Of a stretch of 64,000 nt of DNA, positions 39,675 through 49,005 are shown one piece after another; the stretch's first letter is position 1; each line of letters starts with the position of its first letter. A model generated the notes under the pieces. The model saw nothing but the letters and a program-made list of their open reading frames with translations, searched no databases and was not told the DNA's origin. Source of the DNA: Clostridia bacterium (lineage in GTDB: Bacteria; Bacillota; DTU025); contig JAYFQW010000028.1 of assembly GCA_034926675.1 (NCBI GenBank), forward strand, positions 4,693-68,692, written 5' to 3'. The position numbers and the translations under genes are program-made.

Positions 39675-40970
39675 TCACTGCTCCTCCTGTTTGAGCTGTT
39701 TGAGGACTCCCGACAGCTTGAAGTTGGTCATGCTCATGATCACAACGAATGCGAAGACGAGCAGCGCGAGAGAGGATGCGTACGCCCACTGCAGTTGCCG
39801 GAAACCAACGTTGTACACCCATGTCATGAGGATGTCAGTCGCGCCTGCTCCCCTACTTCCGGGCACCGGTGGGCCGCCGCTTGTGAGCAGGTAGATGATT
39901 CCGAAGTTGTTAAAGTTGCCTGCGAACATCAGGACCGCCACAGGTGCGATGACTGACATCACGAGTGGGAAGGTGATGCGGGAGAATGAGTCCCACCTAG
40001 ATGCGCCGTCGACCCTTGCGGCCTCATACACCTCATTCGGCACACTCTGAAGCGCTGCCGAAATCACCGACATGTTGAATGGGAAAGCGATCCACACGTG
40101 CGTGAGGAGTACGCTCACTCTTGCCCAGAAGTTGTCCTGGAACCAGGATATCGGGGAAAGCCCGATTGACTTCAGTAGTCCATTGATGGGGCCGAAGCTT
40201 GTGTTGAAGAGGCCGAAAAACACCATGATCGTCACTGCTGAGGGGATCGCCCATGGCAGCATAAGGATGGTTCGGAACATGCGGCGAAGCCGAATCTGCC
40301 TATTCTGCAGAGTGAGGGCCAGAACCAGCCCAACAAGAAATGCAAAGACCGTGCCCAATGCGGCGTACGCGAGGTTCCATGCGAGCACCGTATCGAGTTG
40401 GCCCCTCCATGAGGAGCCCGACTGGAGCAACTTCCTGAAGTTGGAGAAGCCTACCCAGTCGAATCTGCCGGCGGGTGGGCAATGGTACAAGTTGTAGTTG
40501 GTGAAGGCCAGCGCAACGTTGAATAGCAGTGGGATGAGTATTACGAAGGCTGTAAGAGCCATAGCTGGCGCGATGTAGAAGTAGGGTGCGGCGGATCTCA
40601 GGAAAGCGTGCCAGTCGCTTCCGGCGCTGACCTCTTCTGGCAGGCGTCCACATAGGCGCACAAACTGCGCGGTCTTGACGGCATCGGCGACGTTTGCTGC
40701 GTGGAACCACGCGTATGCTCCTACTGCCAGCGCCGAAAGGATGCCAACTAGAAGGATGTGGCGTGAATCAACGAACCTGCCGACGGGGTTCAGAGTCACC
40801 AGGCCGTAGAGAGGATCCCTGAGCGTCGTGATGGCGAGCACCAGGAAGATTGCCTCGATACACATGAATGCCAGAGCCTTCCGCCGCTGCCCATTGTAGA
40901 CCTGCCCTGCACCGGCGATCAGGGCTGAGAGGACTCCGGCGACTTTTGGATTGGGGTTCCGTGCCTTCAC
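39675..40970 (-). CDS. CUT1-family sugar ABC transporter permease (MalF-like, extended N-terminus)
   Basis: EAA loop (EVYEAARVDGASR), polytopic membrane protein. Confidence 0.8.
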   Translation of the reverse strand: MKARNPNPKVAGVLSALIAGAGQVYNGQRRKALAFMCIEAIFLVLAITTLRDPLYGLVTLNPVGRFVDSRHILLVGILSALAVGAYAWFHAANVADAVKTAQFVRLCGRLPEEVSAGSDWHAFLRSAAPYFYIAPAMALTAFVILIPLLFNVALAFTNYNLYHCPPAGRFDWVGFSNFRKLLQSGSSWRGQLDTVLAWNLAYAALGTVFAFLVGLVLALTLQNRQIRLRRMFRTILMLPWAIPSAVTIMVFFGLFNTSFGPINGLLKSIGLSPISWFQDNFWARVSVLLTHVWIAFPFNMSVISAALQSVPNEVYEAARVDGASRWDSFSRITFPLVMSVIAPVAVLMFAGNFNNFGIIYLLTSGGPPVPGSRGAGATDILMTWVYNVGFRQLQWAYASSLALLVFAFVVIMSMTNFKLSGVLKQLKQEEQ

Positions 40971-41126
40971 ATCCAGTCCCTCCGTTGTGCCTCGTATTTG
41001 CCGTCCATACTCCCGCCCGACGTCGCTCTGCTCAGATCAGCCAAGCAATGCCATGCGGGCTGGACCGACATGGGATCTGTGTCCCATCTGTGTTCCGTAC
41101 GTGTCACACGTATCTGACTGTCCCCG

Positions 41127-42257
41127 TTACCTCGAATACTTGCGCTCCTGGGCCCTGAATACGCTCACTGCCTCCGTGGCCTCGTCCGCCGTGTCGGTCA
41201 CCACGGAGAATACCAGTCGCACATGTTTCGATAGGCCGTAGTAGTCGGATATCTCGGCTGCAGAGGCATCGACCGCGATCACAGGCTTGTCGGGCGATCT
41301 GCCAAAGAGGTCTGGATGCTTTTCTATGAGGTTGCTGAGAATCTGCACTGGACGAGTCTGGTTCGGGTCCGCAACGATCTGTATCTGCCGCAAATGCTTA
41401 AGCTTCAGGAATTCAGGCATCACGTGGGGGCCGGCAGAGTGGCAGTGGACCTCGCCGATTCCGAAAGCATCAAATGCACGCTGAGTGTATGGAGCGCCGA
41501 ACTCCCGATAGTGGGCGGGGGAACAGAGGCTAGATATGTCTTCCGACACAGCTATCCTGTTTGGAGCGCAGTGCCATGCTGAAAGCTCATGTGCGAACTG
41601 GGGAGCGAATATCTCCCTTATCTGAGCCGACGCGAACCAGATGGTCGCATCCGTAGCAAGTTTCATGAGGCGGTGGACGAATTCCGGGTCTTCGTAGAAA
41701 TCCATGTAGATGGCCTCGCCCCGAAGCGCCCAGGCCAGGTCGAGGGGTGAGTAGTAGCCGCGCCCCAGAGGTATCCTGTATGGAGCGATCTTCTCCAGGG
41801 TGTAGCGGGTAGCGGCGTTGAGGCGAACGAACCAGCGGTTAGCGGGGTCCAGGCTGAGGCGGGCAAGGTCGGATTTCTCCGTGATCACAGGTTTAGCCCA
41901 GCTAGTGTCGTCGCCAAACTCGATATCCCCGGCTACGAATGCGCTGAACTCCCCGATTCCCATGTAGGGAACAACCGATGGAATCCAGTCGTCGTCGATT
42001 CCGCGGCGGATATCCATTAGCTCCGCCTGATACGAAAGGTAGTCGTCGAGATATGAAGAAATCCCTTCCTCAAAATCGTACTGATTGAGAGAAGGGCCCT
42101 TGAGAGTGAGAACAGACGGGAATGTGTAGATGAGTGCGCTGGGAATGCTGGGTGAATCCGACGCCCCGGAGGTTGAGGGAATCCCACTGAAGAAGGCACG
42201 GACTCTCGACATGCAAGATTCCAGCTCGGGTCTGTAGTTCGAAATGTCACAAAACAT
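41127..42257 (-). CDS. URO-D/MtaA-family protein, paralogue of 36193..37290
   Basis: Shares the FYEDPEFVHRLM / LYEDPALVEAVF block and overall architecture with the other URO-D-family gene. HCHSAG variant at the metal-site position. Confidence 0.6.
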   Translation of the reverse strand: MFCDISNYRPELESCMSRVRAFFSGIPSTSGASDSPSIPSALIYTFPSVLTLKGPSLNQYDFEEGISSYLDDYLSYQAELMDIRRGIDDDWIPSVVPYMGIGEFSAFVAGDIEFGDDTSWAKPVITEKSDLARLSLDPANRWFVRLNAATRYTLEKIAPYRIPLGRGYYSPLDLAWALRGEAIYMDFYEDPEFVHRLMKLATDATIWFASAQIREIFAPQFAHELSAWHCAPNRIAVSEDISSLCSPAHYREFGAPYTQRAFDAFGIGEVHCHSAGPHVMPEFLKLKHLRQIQIVADPNQTRPVQILSNLIEKHPDLFGRSPDKPVIAVDASAAEISDYYGLSKHVRLVFSVVTDTADEATEAVSVFRAQERKYSR

Positions 42258-42604
42258 CCTAGCACCTCATTGGCTGCCCAACCGGGCCGTCATTGCGCAT
42301 ACATAGTAGTCAACCCATCAACCACTATATTAGACTGGGAACTAGTGTATGTCAACACACACTGCGTGCGCATGGTCCCGCGCACATAGGCCGCGCGCGT
42401 AGGCCGCACACATAGGCCGCACGCATGGTGACGCACGCATAGGCCGCGCGCATGGTGACGCGCACATGGCGCCGAGTGCGTGGCGACGAGCGTACGGCGG
42501 GGTTTGAGGCGATGAGTTTGAGGCGATGAGTTTGCGGCGATGAGACGGTTGAGTCGGGGCGCTGTTGACAGTAGTTTACGAGTAGAGAGGGGAGACTGGC
42601 GCTA

Positions 42605-43348
42605 GTGAAGGTGTGTGACAGTCATGTCCATGTGGGGGAGTTCTACGACCGAGTGAACCGTTCGGTCCAGCACTATACGCCTCGTGAACTGGTTTCCCAG
42701 ATGGCGGCAGCTGGGGTTGACTTGGCTATCGTGTCGCACATCGGCGCCATCGCCGAGCCCATCGAGGCGAACCGCGAAATGACGCGGATTGCAGCCGAAT
42801 ATCCACAACTTGCGCCGCTTGTTTGGGTGAGCCCCGATGTTATGTCGCCAGATGATGTATTGGACCTGCTTGATCTGGGCTTCAAGGGGCTGAAGTTCCA
42901 TCCCACGGCTGGCCAATACCGGGCAGACTCTCCTGCGCTGAATCCCTACCTGGATTTGTGCCTAAACACGCGCACTGCGGCTCTGTTCCATAGTGCTTCC
43001 GATGAGTACAGCGCTCCGGCGTTCTTCGATGCTGTAGCCTTGGCACACCCGTGCGTTCCGATCGTGCTTGCACATATGAACCTAATGGGACCTGCAGGAG
43101 AGGCGATTGAGGCGGCCGAGGCCCATCCGAATCTGTACCTCGATACAAGCTGGGCTGCGCCTGAGGACATCCTAGAGGCCATATCGCGGCTGGGCGCTGG
43201 CCGTGTGCTCTGGGGCACTGATGCTCCGCTGGGAGGGGCATCCCACTATGCGCAGGATCGGGGTCGCCCAATCATCGAACAGCGCCTCACGCAGGCAGAA
43301 CGAGAGGCGGTTCTGTGGGGGAATGCCGAGAGGCTGTTCAGGCTGTAG
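42605..43348 (+). CDS. metal-dependent hydrolase/decarboxylase of the amidohydrolase_2 family (TIM barrel)
   Basis: HVH N-terminal metal motif (CDSHVHVGEF), LKFHP, LAHMN, GTDAPL, the H/H/H/D ligand pattern of PF04909-type enzymes. Confidence 0.6.
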   Translation: MKVCDSHVHVGEFYDRVNRSVQHYTPRELVSQMAAAGVDLAIVSHIGAIAEPIEANREMTRIAAEYPQLAPLVWVSPDVMSPDDVLDLLDLGFKGLKFHPTAGQYRADSPALNPYLDLCLNTRTAALFHSASDEYSAPAFFDAVALAHPCVPIVLAHMNLMGPAGEAIEAAEAHPNLYLDTSWAAPEDILEAISRLGAGRVLWGTDAPLGGASHYAQDRGRPIIEQRLTQAEREAVLWGNAERLFRL

Positions 43349-44119
43349 ATCATGGGTTCCGCCATCTCGCGGCCCATGTTCAGCACCCTTGGGCGTTCAG
43401 TTGCTCGGTTTTCGCTGCAGCCCTGAGCTCGTTAGGTACTCTGTACCTGAGGCATTGCCTTGGCATCGTGGAAGGCAACGTCTCGCACGCCGCTTACAGC
43501 CGCTGATGCGGCTCCGTGGTTCTCAAGCTTCCGGTCCCGCAGGCTGTCAATGTCGGCCAAACCAGCATTGTCGCGCGCTCAATGCCACTCAATTGGACAT
43601 TGACGGTCCGACTTCCGCGGTCGAGGTTCGCGCAGATTCCATGACGCGCGCGGGCGATTTCCGAAAACGCGTCTAGCTGCAAGTAAGCCGCGCCACAGTG
43701 TGCCATGATCCCGCCCTCTCGCGCGCAGTGTCGCCAATCTCGCCGGAACGCACGTTTGGAGGATCTCAATGCTGGTTTCATCGACATCGCGGGCTTCTCA
43801 ATGTCGATTCCATCGACATTGAGCTCGTCTCACTGCTGGATTCCTCGACATTATCGCTCCAGTGCTCGGTCGCCCCTCGTCAGGCGGCGCGGGGATGCAG
43901 CCGGGGACCATCACGCTGCTTGCAGAGCCCACGGTCGAACCAGGGCTCCTGCAGCTCATGGCAGATCTGCGCCGCTGTAGGGACCAGCTATGCAAGCGGG
44001 AGCAATCGGCATGCTCTGGGTGCATATCGCTTTGAGAAGGAATGAAGCATCAAGTGGAGAAATCGGCACTACAGTACTGATACGCGAAGGATGCAGCATG
44101 TTGACGCAATCGATCACAT

Positions 44120-45994
44120 ATGTGCTCGGTGGGGGTGTGTGGGATGTCCGCCAATAGGCGTACTGGGGACGCCCAAGAGCAAGCGCCTGAACTCGCTGGC
44201 CTTGCAGAAGATGCGCAGAAGGCATGCGATGCCATAGCGGCCGTAGTAGGTCTGGAAGTGGAAATTGTCGACAAGAACCTGCTTCGGATAGCTGGAACTG
44301 GCAAGTACCGTCTCCGCGTAGGGCATTCACTCGAACACGAAGGCGCAGTGTATCGGCAAGTCCTCAGAACTGGTCAGGGCACAATTGTAACCAGGCCCGG
44401 TCTGGAACCCATTTGTGGCCTGTGTTCCAAGTACGGTAGTTGCGACGAGAAGGCGGAGCTTTCTGCACCGATAGCCGTTGAAGGCGATATTGTAGGCGTC
44501 ATCGGGCTGGTCTGCTTCGACCAATCCCAGCGCGCCAGGCTGCTGGACAGGCTTGAGTGTCACAAGAACTTCATCGAACATATGGCCGGTCTGCTTGCAA
44601 GCAAGATTCGAGAGCACGCTCTGTTGGAACAGGAGCGGCGCGCTGCTCAAGAGGTCGCTGCGCTGCTCGATCGGATGGCCGACCCGGTGCTGGCTGTAGA
44701 TCAGAATGGAAGGCTGGTCCATTACAACGTCCCGGCAGGCCGGCTTCTGAATATCCCTGATGGCGATGGCTTCAGTGCTGCCCAGCGGGAGAAACGCATG
44801 GTCTGCAGCACTGAGGAACTGGGGTTCTTGGAAAGCACTCTCAGAACCAAGGAAGGGTTCGAGGAGAAGGAGATGTTTCTCAGTTTCGGGGGAGTCGAGA
44901 AACCCTATCTCGTATCCGCTACGCCGTTGGCATCGGGAGGGCTTATCTACGGTGCTATGGCGGTGATCCGTCCGCTGGGAGAACTCCACCGCTGGGCCTA
45001 CAACTTGACGAATGCCGTGAAGGTATTCACGCTCAACGACATCATCGGGGAGAGCCCTGCGATCCAGCTCATCAAGGAGAAGGCGCTCAAGGTGGCGGGA
45101 GGCAAGTCCAACATCCTGATAACAGGAGAAAGCGGCGCCGGGAAGGAGCTGCTCGCAAGGGGAATACACAATGCGAGCGGCCGTGCTGACCGGCCGTTTG
45201 TCGCGGTGAACTGCGCCGCGATTCCAGATACTCTCCTCGAGAGCGAGCTTTTCGGGTACGAAGAAGGAGCATTCACAGGCGCGAGAAAAGGCGGCAAACC
45301 TGGAAAGTTCGAACTCGCCGACGGGGGGACGATCTTTCTCGATGAAATAGGCGAGATGCCCATCCATCTCCAGGCGAAGCTGCTCAGAGTGCTCGAAGGC
45401 TGGGAAGTGGAGCGTGTTGGAGGCACTCGGTCAAGGCCCATCGATGTGCGACTCATGGCCGCCAGCAATCAGGACCTCGAAGGGAAGATCGCTTGCAGAG
45501 AGTTTCGCGAGGACCTGTATTTCCGTTTGAACGTAATACCTTTGCAGGTCCCGCCGCTGCGCGACAGAGAAGGAGACACTCCGCTCTTGGCACGCTACTT
45601 CATCCGAAAGCATGCCGCCTTGCTCAACAAGAAGATCGAGGGGATGGAACCCAGCGTGGCTAGGTTGTTCGAGAGCTACTGGTGGCCCGGCAATGTCCGC
45701 GAGCTTGAGAACACAATCGAGCATGCCGCCAACATCGAGAGTACATCCATCATTCATGAACGGAGTTTGCCAGAGACGATTCGCACCAGGGCATCGAGCG
45801 TCTCGAGGAAGTTGCGCGGCCATGCGGGCATTGACGACATGGAGGCGCGCCTGATAGAAAAAACCCTGGGGCGATACGGGTACAGCTACCGTGGCAAGCA
45901 ACAGGCGGCGCGCGAACTGGGAATCGGCATTGCCACCCTTTATCGGAAAATGGCTCGCTATGGCATCCCGGGAGTCCATGCCGCAAAACGATAG
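44120..45994 (+). CDS. sigma-54-dependent transcriptional activator (GAF/PAS sensor - AAA+ - Fis HTH); start uncertain
   Basis: GESGAGKE Walker A, canonical GAFTGA (EEGAFTGA), C-terminal HTH (QQAARELGIGIATLYRKMARYG). N-terminal sensor with a Cys cluster (PICGLCSKYGSC). Confidence 0.85.
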   Translation: MCSVGVCGMSANRRTGDAQEQAPELAGLAEDAQKACDAIAAVVGLEVEIVDKNLLRIAGTGKYRLRVGHSLEHEGAVYRQVLRTGQGTIVTRPGLEPICGLCSKYGSCDEKAELSAPIAVEGDIVGVIGLVCFDQSQRARLLDRLECHKNFIEHMAGLLASKIREHALLEQERRAAQEVAALLDRMADPVLAVDQNGRLVHYNVPAGRLLNIPDGDGFSAAQREKRMVCSTEELGFLESTLRTKEGFEEKEMFLSFGGVEKPYLVSATPLASGGLIYGAMAVIRPLGELHRWAYNLTNAVKVFTLNDIIGESPAIQLIKEKALKVAGGKSNILITGESGAGKELLARGIHNASGRADRPFVAVNCAAIPDTLLESELFGYEEGAFTGARKGGKPGKFELADGGTIFLDEIGEMPIHLQAKLLRVLEGWEVERVGGTRSRPIDVRLMAASNQDLEGKIACREFREDLYFRLNVIPLQVPPLRDREGDTPLLARYFIRKHAALLNKKIEGMEPSVARLFESYWWPGNVRELENTIEHAANIESTSIIHERSLPETIRTRASSVSRKLRGHAGIDDMEARLIEKTLGRYGYSYRGKQQAARELGIGIATLYRKMARYGIPGVHAAKR

Positions 45995-46000
45995 CAGCGC

Positions 46001-46119
46001 CTATCAATGTGATGGGTTTCATTATCAGTGGTTCTTTCGCAACAATGCCGCCAGCATATCGCGCATTTGACGCACTTTGACTCTACCCTCGCAGGCAGAT
46101 ATTACTATCAACATGATAG
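46001..46119. promoter_or_regulatory. two palindromic candidate enhancer (UAS) sites CTATCA-N3-TGATRG (46001-46015 and 46105-46119)
   Basis: CTATCAacaTGATAG is a perfect 6-3-6 palindrome and CTATCAatgTGATGG has one mismatch. Centres are about 104 bp apart and about 105-210 bp upstream of the sigma-54 promoter. Confidence 0.4.
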
Positions 46120-46215
46120 GCGGCGTTCCTTGACGTCAGAAGCCTCGCTATTTCGACAGTGATAACTGCCCAGCTAAACGCGGGTGTTGTCGAACTTGTG
46201 GTCTAGATGTGGCAT

Positions 46216-46231
46216 GGCGTGGAAATTGCAT
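46216..46231 (+). promoter_or_regulatory. sigma-54 (-24/-12) promoter TGGCGT-N5-TTGCA
   Basis: tGGcgtggaaattGCa with GG/GC spacing of 10, about 105 nt upstream of the 46337 ATG and downstream of the sigma-54 activator gene. Confidence 0.55.
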
Positions 46232-46336
46232 GTCTTATCAGATCGAATGCACAGGCGCGATGTAACAACATGGATGGCAGGCGTATCGTGAGTGGCGCTT
46301 TGAGGAAGCCTGCCAAGCCTTATAGGAGGAAGTTGC

Positions 46337-47728
46337 ATGTCTCGGAGGATGGTATGGGGACCGACATTCGAGGAGATGCTGCATCCCGACAAGATCGACC
46401 CTCAGATCCGGAAGCAGGCTCTCGCAGCAAGGGAGAGCGATCCGCTCAACGAGATCAACCTGTACAATATCACCTGGAAGCGGCCGGATGGGAAGCCGTG
46501 TTACGTTGTCATTCCCAAAAAACTGACCGGAGTAGATGCCAACATCATAGCTCTGTACGGTCGGGACTTCCCCACGGGTTCACACAAGGTGGGGGCAACG
46601 TACACGGTTACGGTCGAAAAACAGCTCAATGGGGAGATCACTCCAGGTGAGCACACAGTGGTGTTCCCGTCCACAGGCAATTACGGAATAGGCGGCGCCT
46701 GGGTGGGGCCCCGCATGGGCTACGACTCCTTGGTGATTCTTCCTGAACTGATGAGCGCGGAGCGTTTCCAGAAGATCGAAGGATACGGGGCAAGGTACAT
46801 CAAGACAACGGGCTGTGAATCCAGCGTGAAAGAGATATACGATAAGTGCTGGGAGCTTAAGCGCCAACCCGAGATACGGGTGCTCAACCAGTTCGAAGTG
46901 ATGGGCAACTACAGATTCCACTACTACGTCACGGGCAATACCGCAGTTGAACTTGTTGCCGATCTCGCAAAGCGCGGAATAGGCAACGGCAGGTGCGCGG
47001 CGTTCGTCTCGGCGATGGGCTCTGGAGGCACCATAGCCGCAGGCGATAGGCTGAAAGAGGTCTTCCCCGAACATCGCATAGTCGGCCTTGAGCCGATTCA
47101 GTGCCCGACCCTTTTCAACAACGGATACGGCGACCACGACATCCAAGGCATTGGCGACAAGCACGCCACATGGATTCACAACGTTATGAACATGGATTGC
47201 CTCATGTGCATCGATGATATGGAGAGCAAGTGGGGCCTGCAACTGCTGACAGATCCTGTGGGCATGGAGTATCTGGCGCAGAATGCAGGAATCCCAGAAG
47301 AGACTGTACGCGAGATGTCCACCTTGTTTGGCATCTCAGGTGTATGCAACGTTCTGGGCGCGATCAAGACAGCTAAGCACTACAGGATGACCAGCAGCGA
47401 AAACGTGGTCACTGTGCTTACCGACACCATAGATCGTTACCATTCGGTGATGAGCGCATTGGATGACAAATTCGGCAAGATGGATGCAGGCAAGGCAGAA
47501 GCCCGCTTGTCAGGCATCTTCCGGAGCGCCAAGCTTGACTACATTCAAGAGGGAACTGTTAACAATCGCGATAGATGGTTCAACCTCAAGTACTACACCT
47601 GGGTTGAGCAACAGGGCAAGACAGTTGCTGAGCTGAACGCGCAGAGAAGCCAGGCCTGGTGGGCTGAAGAGCGGAGTAAAGTCCTTGATATCAACGACCG
47701 CCTTTGCCAAGCGCGAAAGCGGTCATGA
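46337..47728 (+). CDS. PLP-dependent enzyme, fold type II (TrpB/CysK/ThrC superfamily), 463 aa, specificity unknown
   Basis: PLP-lysine motif PTGSHKVG and glycine-rich phosphate loop [21 protein letters not shown]. Confidence 0.65.
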   Translation: MSRRMVWGPTFEEMLHPDKIDPQIRKQALAARESDPLNEINLYNITWKRPDGKPCYVVIPKKLTGVDANIIALYGRDFPTGSHKVGATYTVTVEKQLNGEITPGEHTVVFPSTGNYGIGGAWVGPRMGYDSLVILPELMSAERFQKIEGYGARYIKTTGCESSVKEIYDKCWELKRQPEIRVLNQFEVMGNYRFHYYVTGNTAVELVADLAKRGIGNGRCAAFVSAMGSGGTIAAGDRLKEVFPEHRIVGLEPIQCPTLFNNGYGDHDIQGIGDKHATWIHNVMNMDCLMCIDDMESKWGLQLLTDPVGMEYLAQNAGIPEETVREMSTLFGISGVCNVLGAIKTAKHYRMTSSENVVTVLTDTIDRYHSVMSALDDKFGKMDAGKAEARLSGIFRSAKLDYIQEGTVNNRDRWFNLKYYTWVEQQGKTVAELNAQRSQAWWAEERSKVLDINDRLCQARKRS

Positions 47729-48965
47729 GAGCGGTGATGAGAGAGGAGTGATCACGATTAGCTTCCCTTTCGAGAAAGCATTGGATCAAGCAGAAGGATA
47801 CCGAAAGCAGATCTCCGGATTCCTGCGCGACATGGTCGCGATACCAGGTGAAAGCTGTCAGGAGAAGGCAGTGATCCAGCGGATCGGAGAGGAAATGGAG
47901 GCCGTAGGTTTCGACAAGATCGAGATCGATCCTATGGGCAACATCCTCGGACGCATTGGAACTGGCAAGACCCTGATAGCGATGGACGCACACGTTGACA
48001 CCGTTGGCATTGGAGACCCAAGCCTCTGGGAAGTCGATCCGTACAAGGGATACGAGGACGAGAACATCATCATGGGCAGAGGCGCCAGCGATCAGAGGGG
48101 CGGCATGGCCTCGATGGTGTATGCCGGCAAGATAATCAAGGATCTGGGCCTTGAGGGCGACTATACTTTCCTGGTGACCGGAACCGTTCAGGAAGAGGAC
48201 TGCGATGGCCTCTGTTGGCAATACCTCATCCACGATGGCGGAATTCGGCCCGACTTCGCCGTGATTACCGAGCCGACATCACTGAACATCTACCGTGGGC
48301 AGCGTGGACGTATGGAGATAAAGGTGACGACTAAGGGCATAAGCTGCCACGGATCCGCTCCTGAGCGGGGCGACAACGCGATCTACAAGATCGCCCCCAT
48401 CCTTCAGGAACTGCGTGCCCTAAACGAGAACCTTCATGTAGATTCGTTCCTGGGCAAAGGGAGCCTGACCGTATCCGAGGTCTTCTTCAGCTCGCCTTCC
48501 AGGTGCGCAGTTGCTGACGGGTGCTGGATCTCCGTCGACCGCCGGTTAACAGACGGGGAGACGTGGGAAATGGCTCTCGAGCAGATAAGGAATCTTCCGG
48601 CAGTTAAGGAAGGAAAGGCCGAGGTGTCGATGTACGGGTACGACCAGCCGTCATATACAGGTCTGGTGTATCCCACAGAGTGCTTCTTCCCGACCTGGGT
48701 CCTTCCCGGCGACCACATGGTCTGTGAGACGCTAGTCGATGCCTACCGTGGTCTATTCCAGAAGGATCCCCTCGTGGACAAATGGACATTTTCCACCAAT
48801 GCAGTGTCCATCATGGGGCGATACGATATCCCTTGTATAGGATTCGGCCCCGGGCACGAGGATCAGGCCCATGCTCCCAACGAGAGGACCTGGAAGGACG
48901 AACTGGTGAAAGCGACTGCCATGTACGCGATGATTCCCTTGCTCTATACCTCGAAAACCGCCTGA
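47685..48965 (+). CDS. M20-family metallohydrolase (ArgE/DapE/carbamoylase/YgeY-like); start uncertain (TTG at 47685 or GTG about 47748)
   Basis: M20 metal-binding motifs (AMDAHVDTV; [10 protein letters not shown]), dimerisation domain region. Confidence 0.75.
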   Translation: MISTTAFAKRESGHESGDERGVITISFPFEKALDQAEGYRKQISGFLRDMVAIPGESCQEKAVIQRIGEEMEAVGFDKIEIDPMGNILGRIGTGKTLIAMDAHVDTVGIGDPSLWEVDPYKGYEDENIIMGRGASDQRGGMASMVYAGKIIKDLGLEGDYTFLVTGTVQEEDCDGLCWQYLIHDGGIRPDFAVITEPTSLNIYRGQRGRMEIKVTTKGISCHGSAPERGDNAIYKIAPILQELRALNENLHVDSFLGKGSLTVSEVFFSSPSRCAVADGCWISVDRRLTDGETWEMALEQIRNLPAVKEGKAEVSMYGYDQPSYTGLVYPTECFFPTWVLPGDHMVCETLVDAYRGLFQKDPLVDKWTFSTNAVSIMGRYDIPCIGFGPGHEDQAHAPNERTWKDELVKATAMYAMIPLLYTSKTA

Positions 48966-49005
48966 CGATCCAGGCAGAAGAACTGTGTATGGAGGAATTT
49001 GAGCA

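Noticed and set aside
42462-42500. TGGCGCcgagtGCGTGGCGA as a possible sigma-54 promoter in the divergent region
   Set aside because: The GC at -12 is misplaced and there is no TTGC. It falls within the tandem-repeat array.
43315-44045. Small ORFs (63-115 aa) in the 770-bp gap before the second sigma-54 activator
   Set aside because: Overlapping in several frames, Arg/Ser/Ala-rich, no RBS or motif. The region is better explained by the repeat/operator structure reported in findings.
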